Notes under the pieces: model-generated | Seen by the model: only the letters and a program-made list of their open reading frames with translations | What the model was told of the DNA's origin: nothing | Databases searched by the model: none | Part shown: positions 25,727 through 38,482 of the stretch, one piece after another | Numbering within the stretch: the first letter of the stretch is position 1 | Layout: each line of letters begins with the position of its first letter | Made by a program: the position numbers and the translations under genes | NCBI GenBank assembly: GCA_002633005.1 | Contig: NMRA01000352.1 | Location: 412,744-476,743 of the forward strand | Origin: Phoronis australis | Lineage: Eukaryota > Animalia > Phoronida | Reading direction: 5' to 3' | DNA length: 64,000 nt

Positions 25727-25946
25727 CAGGTCTTGGAATGACCCATGTCTGAAAAGGTGATGCATCATTCTACAAATAAATAGAAATATTTTTTGTGTTG
25801 TAAATTTAACAAGAAATGCTTTTTGCACGAATTATGGCAAAAAATGATACAAAAGACGAAAAAAGATGAAACTGGAAATCAAATAAGAGGAAATTGAAAC
25901 CAAAAAAAGAGAAAATTCTCTTCAAAGAGGGAAATTCCAAGCCCTG
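25727..25946. mobile_element. hAT-like MITE (CAGG(G/T)CTTGGAAT...ATTCCAAGCCCTG)
   Basis: Terminal inverted repeats; three related copies in the window. Confidence 0.6.
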
Positions 25947-26620
25947 AATACGCCCACAATTTTAGAACCAGTTTGATAACCATTGCAATGGAGAAAACTG
26001 GTCCACAAAATTCGAGCACTTTATACCCAACTGTGACTGATCACTTAGCTGACCACTACTCTATCCATAACACAGTTTCAGATGACAAGGTCTGTAACGC
26101 AGGGCAAGTGGATGGACTAAGGTAAAAAGGAGTAAATTGTCACATGATAGTCTCTCCTGCTGAGGGAACCAAACGCCATGACTCAGCAATAGGATATATT
26201 CTTCATATAACCATTAAGCGTTGTGAAAAGTGTCTTTCACTTCACCGAATTTCTACTTCTGGTGTTCACAACAGGTTGAATTGACAGGGATGAAACGCCA
26301 TTTCTTTCATTAACAGACATTTTGAGACTAACTTTAATTTGTGAGTCATTCCAGTGGCACATTGACGGCATGATGATGGCAAAGAATTTGTATAAAACAA
26401 TGAAATTTTCCCACTGAATTAAATCCATGCAAGAATGCAGTCCACCAACCTTCATCTCGCCATCTAAGGACAAGATGAATTTCCTCACGTCGGCGCTATC
26501 GAATAATGGCTCGTGTGCTTAAGCGACACATTGAAATTGACATTTAAATCCTTGTAGGGATTTTCAAATCCTCTATTCTATACGGAGTCACCACAACTCA
26601 AAATATTTACACTGTGACAG

Positions 26621-27753
26621 TTACATAAGAATACTCTTTACAGCAGCGTCCAAGTCATCTTGTGAAGGGTCTTGCCCATTTAGCTCATCATTTCCAGCAG
26701 GTAAGTCATAACCAGCATTTTGTCCCATCAGAGACGGGTCACCTCCAATGCCCAGAATACTGTTGATGGCATTCTCAACCTCCTCCGGTTCATTCATGCT
26801 GTCATGCTCAGTGTGAGACTCTTTCCATGCTTGTTCTCGGTCAGTTTCCTCATAAGACACGTCCAAACCGAGTGGGTTGGCGGGATCTACGCCACCAGTG
26901 GACAAGTCGTGCGTGAAACCAACGCTGTCTTGACTGTCATAATCCATTAAATCCGGTTCTTGGTGGGATGGCGTGGAATATGTGCTGTAACTTACTGGAT
27001 CATCCTCAATTGGCACGGAATGATGACTCAGTTTGCGCGGAGATTCTTCCGCACCACCGTTCGTGTCCTCGGACATGTTGTCATCATCGTCCGATTCAAT
27101 CTCAGGTTCACTGATATCAGAATACAGAGGTTGCTCATGAGAGAACGATTCTTCAGGCACTGTGTCACCACCAGCCATCGCAGAGTGAACATACGAGGCA
27201 TTTTCACCTCCACCCAGGATAGAATTTTCTTCAGTATAATCTCGTGTATCATCCAAGGACTCGAGAGATTCCCTAGTCTGTTCATTACTGAAACAAGAAG
27301 TCCTGCTTACGAGGTCAGACGAAGGATCTATCAGATCCGGCAGGGACTCGCTCTCCTCTTTTCGAAGAGATATTTTTAATTTAGGAATACACAAGGAGTT
27401 CCCCTCTGACTTGTCCAGTTTCAGTTTTAACTTAAGATCATCACACTTCTCGTCCTGCTTAGTCCTTTTTGGCTGACTTTCATAGTTTTGGCCATTACTG
27501 TCAATACTGGTTTCCTCACTTGTCTCTGTGCTTCCACCACACCTTTTTATTTTCACCACGAGCCGCGGGGAGTCACACACTTCAATATCAGACAGTGTCC
27601 TGTCCCCTGTCGGCTCGCCAACAGCCAGTTCTTGGTAAGAGTCATGGGTAACCTCTGAGGTAATGTCAATTTCCGATTCTGAGTTGAGCACCTCTGCCTC
27701 GTTGTGAGAGGCTGCTTTTGACGACACATCTGTGGTTGCGTTTATAAGATCCT
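26621..27753 (-). CDS. BICRA: BICRA terminal acidic exon
   Basis: Inside the 402-aa ORF 26621..27829; acceptor ttttccag; LKLKLK/LKISL basic motifs; ends AAVKSILM-stop. Confidence 0.88.
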
Positions 27754-30700
27754 CTGGAAAATCAGAATTACTGCTTTCACAACATGGCATATGTACATCC
27801 AATTTTAAGGTTCGATAATTAAACCACAATATCTGTAAATATTCTTAAAATTTCCAGAAAACTGGTATAGTTTGACACTAAATACCATGGTTTCCCAAGT
27901 AACCAAACTCACTTGTCTACAAAAATTTCTTAATAGAATGATCAGAATTAATTTTGACGACCTAAAAACGAGAAAACACAAGACAATTTAAAAATGCGTT
28001 TAGCCCTGTTTGGCTGGCTTAACATAATGGGATTTTATTTCCATTACCAACAAGACCACCGAAATCATCAGTGCCCGCGAGTTCATTATTGTTGGCCAGT
28101 CTAAACTGGCGAATTCGAAAGTGCATGTACGCATTGCCCATGACTTGAGTCGGTAATGGAAATGGAATTTGATTATAGTAAGGAATATTACGAGACTATT
28201 ACTATTAGAATAAAAGGCTTAAAATTCTTTTTTCATTTTTAGCCATCTAAATATGGCGAAATGCAGTTAATGGACCTGAGCAGACAAAGAACTGTAGAGT
28301 GATTGTTTAATCACTCTTGTGAATCACATAGTAATAGAAGACACAGACAGCTTAGTAGTAGCTAATTGGCATATTAGTCGAAGTTGTCATCGAGAACCAG
28401 TCAGATGTGTTATCTGGCTGACCAGCAAAACAGCCAAATTCAATCGAGTGCAACCATCGTTTATAACAAGTGTCACCATTTAAGCTCCACTTCCAATCCA
28501 CTAACTGATTAAACTCAGTATCAAGACATACTCTACTTAAGTCTATCAAACAGGGCACCAATATCTTCATCAGCTTCAACATTCAGTTGACAGGTAAACT
28601 ATGGTTATATCGGAGAGGTCAACTTTTGGACGAGCCGATCAGCCCCATGATTTTCTGAAGCATTTTTTCAATACTTTGGCTTTATCCATAGCAACAGACA
28701 CAAATAACCTATGGTAAGGAAAATTTCAAGACCAATTTTGCCCAGGGAAGTTATAGAGGATCAGTATTGACTTTTTTGTGAGAGTTTTGCAAGCCTATCA
28801 CTTGCCATGATTTTTTGTGATCGGAAAAAAAATGATCACAGGCACCTTGATTCCAATCATAACAATGTTACAAAAGGGCAGACTTTAACCTGAAAACAAA
28901 CCACTAAGGCTCCAGCTAGAGAGAGCAAAAAGTGTCCAAACGGATGTCAGTGATGAATTATGAGATCCTGATGCAAACAGCCAGCCCCAAATAAAAGAAA
29001 TACAATTTTATTGTTACTTGAACACTCCAAGTTTTCAAGAAATTACTTCAAAGGTGTACATCAGCAGTCCTGTTGGCAAAAAAGTGATAGTGTCATAAAA
29101 CTGAGAGCCATAAAAGTGATGTTTAAATGCATTTTTATCTCAGTTAGTAAAAAACAAAAAGGTCACGAAACCAATATCGAATGGGCAGCAGACAGGTTAT
29201 GCTCGGGCATCTGGAAGATGGTCAGCTATCCTACAAATTGAATCAAACATCAGCTGTCCAAGGTGGTTTTCTAGACACCCGGGCGTCACCTGCTCCACAA
29301 ACTCTTCAGAAACTGAGCTGCCCAGCCTCATTTAAATTCCACTCTTCCCACGGAGCATGTGTGAATCTCTTCAAAAGTCCCGCCCAGGTCACTTCACCTA
29401 CCTGGGTCCTGAGGGGGTGACTGGCGTTCTTGTTCTAGTTTATTCTTAATATCTGAGTGCAGCAGCCTGTGAACTAGCACCATCTCTGGGGAAGGAACGG
29501 CCCGCTGAAACAGATAACACAGAACGATAGTTTCTGAAAACAGCTGGCTCATGACGTTCAGACATGTGGCCAGTAACATATTAAGATAAAGCTACAAGAA
29601 GTCACGCTGCAGTCAGATCAACAAGCGCATCAATACAACCGGTACTCCTATCCACAAACCAAATATTTTGACGAGTTTTAGTTGTTTGACATACATCACA
29701 CAAGGGTTCAGCCACCAGGCAGTGAGACGGCCTTGAGAGCGAGCAGAGTGTCCAAAGATAATCAATGACATTACGTGAGCCGCTGAAATAATAGTTCAGC
29801 ATAAACTTTTTAAGTTCAGATTGCAAGCATTTGAAATTTAAAGTTGTTGAAGCGGGTTGAGATTCAAATTAAACCTTAAGTTTTGAACATGTATGCTATA
29901 CATACGATTTCTGATCAGAGTAGAAAAAATCCTCAAGGCTGCTTGTCCTTGCATTGTCTTATAATAATAAATGCGAAAAAATATCCCACTATCCCCAGAA
30001 AAGTGTGGAAAACTGTCTACCAAATGCCTTTGTGGAAAAAAATCAAAACTTTGTGCAAACATGTAAAATCTTGTCTTGTTTCAATTCCAAACAACTTGAA
30101 ACCACTCAAAATAGGGAAAAAACGAATTCAGCAACTTTAACAGGTGCTGTGAAAATGTCATTTTGGAGGAAGCAACAAGGAACATGAACATACATGACTT
30201 CAGGGCTGTTCCCAAATGAGAGTCAGATGGAAATTTAGTATTGAGAAAAATTGTTACCCAAAAGCATTGGAGCAAATTAAGAAAAATTGCAGTAGCATAT
30301 ATCATGATTACGAAAATTAATTGACATGCTCACTCTAAAATAAAAGTTTTTAAGAGTACATTACCGTTTTACATTTCTGAGTTTAGTACATGCATTTGCT
30401 CTCCCTCATAACCAGGGTGACGTAGGCGAGTGATGAACAACTGCGACATTTGTCTGGAAAACCCAGGCCCAGAAAAAACCCTTGTACACCTCAGTTATCT
30501 ATTATATAAAATGCATCGTTTGCACAAACTCCGTCTCCCCACTCCACTACAGACCTTCGTTGCGCCCGTTTTGGCACTGCCTTGGTCCCAGGTATTGCAC
30601 CGGCCCCCTGTTTGGATTCGAGGCTTTCTATTTTTTTTCGTAGGCCGTTTTTTCGTGGACGCGAAGGGAGGGTGGCCAGCTTTGTACTGGTCTTGGTGAC

Positions 30701-33700
30701 ATCAGTCGGTCGGCTCAAAGACCTGGATGACGTCACTCCGTCGGTTTAATTTCACTCCCTCCAGCTTCTGTCGCGTATATAATTCATCAGGCCTGTTGCC
30801 GCCAAAATTAATGATGCTTCATTAAAAAATTTTTACTCTTCCTTGAGTAAACTAAATTGTTTACCCGGGTGTTGGAAAACTGGCGATAAGTTACTCTGCT
30901 GCTAAAATTGCGATGCGCTCATTGGGCGCTATCGGGCGAACTTCCATGCTCTTCAGTCAACTGTGGAGACTGTGTACATGTCATAACAATCGGAAGTGGT
31001 TTCATTTCGTTACAAGTTTTTACTATTTTAATACTCTCAAGAGATATCGCAGTTTTGGGAAATGGCACGTACGCGCGCGTCACGAGATTGCATTGCCGGT
31101 TCAAAATGACGGCAGATAGGATTTTCCTTTGTTACAAAAGGCGGAGAATTACGAAAAAAATAACATAAAAAATTGTTTACTTTTATAACGGCTGTAACGG
31201 GCACTGTGAATGTCGATTAATTCCCAAATTCTGCATGCACCCCTACTGGTTGTTAGCTTAACGACGAGGTGACGAGCTGAGCACCCGGGTTGTGTGAAAT
31301 TTCGTTGTCTAACGGAGCTCTACACATGGTACCTAGCTGTATGTTGACGACAGAGTTCATACAGCTAGCTGGCTTTCTACCTCAGTATGTGCAATTATGA
31401 TGCAACTTTTGTTAATACATCCAGGGGCGGATCCAGGATTTTGAGTTGAGGGGGGCACGGCAAATAGAGTATTAGCCAGAATTTTGCCCTTCAGACATTC
31501 GTACCCCCAAAATGCCAAATGGAAGGTGGGAGAATTTTTTGGGGGGCCATGGCCCCCCTCTAAATCCGCCAATGACATCTATTATACTTTGTGTACTATA
31601 CAATATTTTAAATGCATTCTTAGTTTTCACTTTAAACTGAAAAATATCTGATTACCGTACTTTGTGTTACAGCAGGGTAATATGTTCTGGAAAGAAATTT
31701 ATACTGCCTAGGGGAAGAATCCCACAGCCGCACACCTTAATTGCCTACTAAAATCTGACATGTGACAGAAATTCTGCTTGAAGCTTTGAACACGGACTCT
31801 TCAAGAAGTACTCCTGTTTCTCTTAGGTGTAGCTATTTCCCCTCGCCGTTTCCCACTGCCTGCTACCTGTGCGAAAGCACGGGTAACGGCAAGTCATATC
31901 TATTGATGAGTAACAGAAGCAATCCCACAAGCTTTACAAACATTATGTAAGCAACCATGTCAATTGAATTTAAGACAATATGTCAGCAGCCTCACGAGAG
32001 TCATCTATACTTAACACATGGCAAGGTGTATCTATGAAGCACTCACCATACAGTCAGACCAAAGCAGATGTCTGTACCTCTCAAATAAATTGTTTTTCTT
32101 TTCTATAAGCTCCTCTGACATTTCTTCAAACGACTCGTCAGCTACAGATATACAATATCGGTCAAGTGTTAACAGCATTAAAGTTTGCATTATGAGACAG
32201 AAGCATAGTGCACAAGAAGAAATTACTCAGGGCTTGAATGATCAATGACAAAAACAGAGGAACAATTTCCAGATGATGCATTGTTCCATGTATAAGTAGG
32301 CTTGTATGATAGAAATACTTTTTGCATTGTAACATTGAAGTGAAATAAATGTTTTTGCATGAATACAAGTCAAAATAATGATAAAAAATAGACAAAAAAG
32401 AGAAAACTAGATATCAAATAAGAAGAAATCGAAACCAAAAAGAGGAAAATTCCAAGCCCTGTTGACTTGCCAAGTAAACTATTCATAGAGGCAGTGCCAC
32501 CTAGTGGGATAAGTGTCTGCTTCCTGTACTCAAGGTTGTGGGTTTGAGGCCCACTGGGGTACACTGCTAGACCCTCGAGTCAGGTCTCCAGCTCCTCAGC
32601 TCGGTTTAATTATATTAATGAAGCATAAAAATGGCTCCAGGTGACAAGTGCAATGGGCCCACCTGAGCGCCGTGCGCACATCTTGTACAATGTTTACCAG
32701 TCCGTCTGAAATTATTACATTTTTGCACTGTCTGTTTATGCCGACGTTAACTGCATAAATGGAAAATGAAAAGTTGAAAGGTGGCACTGAGAAATTGGGA
32801 GGGAGGGATGGAGGGAGGGAAAGAGAGAGAGAGAAAGAGAGGTCCAAATCGGCCATTGTAGTGGCACAATGGTAAGAAACGCAGACCTGATTTGAAAGCC
32901 TCCTCAGGATGGTCTTTCATATTGAAGATGTGATATCGCAATAGTCGCTTGCAGCTCTCTTGCCTTGTTCTGAATGGGGTGGTGCAGTCAGGTGATATCA
33001 CGTTCTCCTGGTCTTTACCCAGTTGGCGAACTATGCTGGAATACAAACAGACGTGTCAACTGCTATACAGAAGAGGATGAGGTTAGCGTTTATGATTGGT
33101 GCTTATGTGAAACTTTTGGCTTAGCACTTACTATCTATGTGAGAAAGCACAGTTCATCAATGTGAGGAAGCCCTTCCATAACAGTGGTCAAAGACAAAAA
33201 AGTTGGCTTTCTCAATGAAGAGAAAACGACAAAAAACTAACACTGAATGTGATTATACTCAAATAACATTTTGAAATGAAGACTTGATTGTGACACAGCT
33301 TGGTACATGCCTTTCGAAAAGACAATTTCACCCAATGGGAAGAAAATCCACCAGCAATGAGGGTGGTGACACCAAACTGTAATCCTAGTGGTGACAAAAC
33401 AAACAGTTGGCTATTATTTCAAGGGGAAATAGAACTGACAAATGGCCCCAGAGTGACAGTATAGGGCATAAAATGTAACAACTTACATAGATCCTCTGTT
33501 TGATGGAGTATTTGGAAGCATGGGAGGTCGTTTTAAACGAGAAATGTCCTGCTTATTCGCAACTTGGTTTGACGGACGGACGACAGTGAAAACTTTTGCC
33601 GGCTGAAATAAGATTACAAACGGGATAATTACACTACCTGAAATGTTAGTAAGTTCAAAGGTATGGAGTAATGTGGGACCCTCAACTATTATAAAACTGG

Positions 33701-36700
33701 GGTTCCTGGTGACTTTTGGCTACCTCCGTTTTTATTCACCTCGCCCGTCACCATAATTTTCAACCTACACCATCCAGATGGCCTAATTTTTAAGCTACAT
33801 TGCTTTGGAAAGGCATGTAAATTCAGTCAGTGTCTGTGAACAAAGTTGATGTTTGTAACACCAGGCCATGAATGACACAGGATAATAAAGTTTTGTTTCG
33901 ATAATAATCCTCGTTCTGCTGCCTGCTAATGCACCATTAGCATCTCACGATAAAAACAGGATTCATCTGGAAACAGGTTGTCACAGAATGAATAGTATGG
34001 ATATTAGGGGTATTCTTCTACTTCAGTTTCTGTGTAACTCACCCAAAGTGTAGGTCATGCTTGCCCATTAAGCAGACTTTTGTATTTTCGAAAAAGAAGT
34101 TTTCAAAATTTGCTACAACTTTTGATTGTTGACCATGCTTAACAAGAGCAATGCGGAGCGTTGAAATGCGCCCACGAATGCACCGCAAATGGTGTGCTTC
34201 GAGGGTTATTTATTTAGTTGTTTCATAAAAATAGGCACTACATGGTGCAAAAACGTCCAATCCATCTGAAAATGGGAACATGCCATTGCTTCTTTAATAG
34301 AAAGCTATTTACCAAATTTCATAGAAATCTGTCACGGAACTTCAGAAAAATGAAGGAAAACAAAATGAAATGAAATTGCCATTAGGGGGCACAGTGTTCA
34401 TTGGATCCACCTGAAAGTTGTCATTGTCTGTTGTTAGCTTCACTTACTAAATTTAATAAAGATCCAGCAGTGGGTTTAGGAGATACAGCTATGGGCACAA
34501 AACAAAACAAAACTACCACTGGAGACGTCGTAGTAGTCAAAGTCGTCATCGTAAACCATCCTTTTCACACAGAGAAAATAAACACCAATTTTCAAAACCA
34601 TCCTTAGGATGAATTGATTGATAGAGGGATGGATGCAAAAAAACAGACTCGAAAACAGCAAAAATGACCACTAGGTGGCGCAAAATTCCTTGATTCCATC
34701 CAAAAACAAGAAGATAGCGTCATTTCACCAATACATGCTTAATGAAATTCTGTTGAAGACCCTTGAAGATACAGAGGTAAACGTAAAATCTAAAATTGCC
34801 ACCGGGGCACACCAGTAGTCAGATCCGTCCGAAAGTCGTCGTTGTTCTTTGTCAACATCATATAAATACACTTGTTAAATTTAGTAAAGATCCTGCAAAC
34901 GGTTTAAGAGATACAGCCAAAGGCGCAAAAAAACGAAACTAGGAGGCGCTACAATAGATGAAGTAATCTGAAAATCATCGTCAGCCATCCACTTCGTAGT
35001 AAAAACATACAAGCCAATTTTCACAATTATCCTGAAAGCGATTTGGTTGATAGAGGGGTGGACGCCAAAAACCAGACTCGAAAACCGTAAAAATGGTCAC
35101 TAGGTGGCGTTAACTAAGTCGAATCCATCTGAAAACTGAAAGATTGCGTCACCACACTTACAGAAGCCTGAACACCAAATTTTTTGAAACTACCTTGAGG
35201 ACCTTTGAAGATATTGAGGTTACCGTAAAAAATAAAATTGCAACCAGAGGGCACACCAGTAGTCAAATCCGTCTGAAAGTTGTCGTCATATAAATGCACT
35301 TATGGTAAAGTCGCGTGATTTTCGGACACTAAAAATTAATTCCAATAAAAAAAAAAATTCTTGGACAAATCTCGCGAAACATCATTTTTGTGGTATCCAA
35401 ATTTGGCGGACCTCCAAATCTGGGTTTCCACTTTTAACTGTAAACAAGTGATTTTGGCTAGATTTATCTAGTCCCAAGACAGCTACTGAACTCTACCCTA
35501 GCCTGCATCCAGGGGCGCGAAGGGTGACAATCTCACGAGTACGCAAGACTGAAGACTTTGAGAGGTATGGTCGGGTATTGCAAGCGAAGCACACGACCAC
35601 ACTAGCTTCCTTAGCGAGATTCTTGCATCTGCGATGCATATCGGAGACCAACAGGGAATTTGTAAGGGTAGTGAAGCGTGGATGCGTGCATGTACATTAG
35701 TTTTTGATATGTGTTATTTTACAGAGCAAAGTATTTTGCGGGCCAATGGGCACTTACAACATAAGACGGATGCAATGTCTCTGTAAGAATTGCGTGTGAG
35801 CCGCACACCGTTTGTGCTGGGCTTTGTACTGCTGTACACGCGTTCTACGCGAATGAGCCCTACCAAAAAGATATTAGCACTGAAAAACGAAAGGCGTTTG
35901 AACTGCATACAGATTTTTAATGAAAACTTTTCGTTTCAACCAAAAATTGCGTTGTCAGAAGCACTGAATGTTGTATGAAGTCAGTGGCGACTCATTCCTT
36001 GCTAACTGTCCCATTCAAAATTATTAAGCAAGCCCATGAAGATTTCAATCATTCGTCGGGATGCAGGTAAGTGGCAGCAATGAAAACTTATTGTCCAACA
36101 ATCGACTGAAGAGGAAGAAGCATAAAATCTCCCGTGCACGATGCAGCCTCGGTCGCCTAGGCTCGCGCGGAGTGTGACTTAATTATGTTTGCTTTGTAAC
36201 CAGCTTTACTTTGGCTCTGTCTCATTTGGCTGCTGTTGTTATTATCTACACAACTTTGGACGTGCGACATCCGACGGAGAGAGTTGGCCGTATTGTGTAT
36301 GGGACACGTCGTCAGGAGATTTTAGCCACTGACAAGGGCATTTGCAAAAGCCAGGATGCTTTAAAAATATTAAAAAGTTTCGTAAACACCCAAGTTGATG
36401 TCAGACGTGCAAGTTCAATGTCACAGTCGGAAATCGAACAGCACGGTCTAATTAAACCAGAGCACATATTATTGTGACGCTACAACGAAAAGTTGCAGCC
36501 TTAGGTGTATTTCCCATTTGTATCTTCATCAGAAATTTTTCGTCGTGCAAGACTCGGTGATGCCTTTCATAGATTTAAGCGCCAAACACAAGATAAACAC
36601 AAGACAATCGAGTAACGGTCGTGACATCGCCAAGACAAGGTAAAAATTACAGAGCCAGTTATACCGATTCTCAGATTCAAGCCTTAAAGAGCTAGTAATA

Positions 36701-38447
36701 ATCCATTGAATGCTTTAGTGACAGGAGAGTTGCGTCGATCCAAAATTAGCGTTTTCGAAAACAGTAAAAATGGCCACTAGGTGGCGAAAATTACGTCCGA
36801 AAACAAGAGGATAGCGTCATCTCACTAATAGATGGCTACATGCCAAATTTTATGAAAATATGCTGAAGACCTTTGAAGATATAGAGGTAAGCGTAAAAAA
36901 ATTAAATTTCCACTAGGGGGCACACCGGTAGTCGGATCTGTCCGAAAGTTCGCTCATGCTGTCCCATCCATAAAAGGAACACATGTGCAAAATTTCATGA
37001 ACATACGTCGAACGGTTTTGGAGTTAGAGCAGCAGGCACCGGAGGCCAGACGCCGGACGGACGCCGCCTGGATGGATGAACGGGCGGACGGAGATGACGG
37101 CATAATGCGTCCACACATAAATATGTGGGCGCATACACGCCAATGTCCACAATCATCCTTAAAGCGGTTTGGTTGATAGAGGAGTGGGCGCAAAAAAACA
37201 GACTAAAGCACAGTAAAAATGGCCACTAGGTGGTGCAAACTACATCAAACCATCCAAAAACAGGAGGATAGAGTCATCCCACTAATTGATGCCTATATGC
37301 CAAATTTTAAGAAAATCTGATGACTACCTTTGAAGATACAAAGGCAAACGCAAAAAATTAAATTGCCACTAGTGGCCACACCCATAGTCAGATCCGTCCG
37401 AAAATCATTATCATCCATTGTCAACACCATACAAATACACTTGCTAAATTTACTAAAGATCCTGCCAACGCTTTAGGAGATACAGCCATGGGCGTAAAAA
37501 ATATAACTGCCATTAGGAGGCGTCACAGTAGGCAAAATCATCGCAAAATCATTGTCAGCCATCCTCTTATTAGTAAAAACATACACGCTAATTTTCACAA
37601 TCATCCTTAGAGCGGTTTGGGTGATAGAGGGGTGGACGCCAAAAAACAGACTCGAAAACAGCAAAAATGGCCACTAGTTGGTGCAATTTACGTCAAATCC
37701 ATCCGAAAACGGGAGGATAGCGTCATCTCACTAATAGATGCATATATGCTACATTTTATAAAAATACGCTGAGGAGCTTTGAAGACAAGTTTAGCGTAAA
37801 AAACTAAAATTGCCACTGGGGGGAAAACCCATAGTCGGATCAGTCCGAAAGTTCGCTGATGTCGTTCCATCCATAAAAGGAAGATATGTGCAAAATTTCA
37901 TGAACGTACATCACCGGGTTTTGGAGATAGGGCAGCGGACGCCGGACGGACGCTGGCATAATGGGCCACAAATAAGTATGTGGGCGCATAAAAAACATTA
38001 TTATCAGAGCTACATCATTAAGTCATTATTAATATCTTTCAAAAGGCCAAAACAGGGTTTAGAGTCCTTTAAACACAAGGACTATTTTGAGGAGTAGTTT
38101 GATGATCTATTTAATGATTAGTTTTCACCATGTTCTTTAAGGCGGGGGCATATGTATTTCCCGGTAAAAGCAAAATTGTTTCGAAAAAAAAAAAAAAACC
38201 GGGCCACAGACAATTAATTCAATTATTAAACCATGTGCAAACATCACAAAAGCAACACAGAGCCTGCAATCCTACGAAAGAACAAGAGCAAGCCGGAAAC
38301 CCATATTGTCCACCAAGATTGACAAATTGTGAAATAGCAGTACTCCTTTTTAATCAACAACTGAAAGACTTAGGATCATTGTAAGGAGAAATTACTTGTT
38401 GAGGGTGTCTCTGTTTGGCCCTAGTGATTGGCACCCCACCAACTGTG

Positions 38448-38482
<35 letters not shown>

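Noticed and set aside
29250-29397. Coding-looking sequence downstream of BICRA exon 29402-29504
   Set aside because: Read-through hits TGA after two codons, and the alternative open frame would need a 4-nt intron. The gene joins in phase to 27753 without it.
30491-30736. Short GC-richer ORF with a cysteine pattern in another frame (piggyBac-like tail?)
   Set aside because: Too degenerate; lies in or next to an interspersed repeat with no supporting TTAA/TIR pair.
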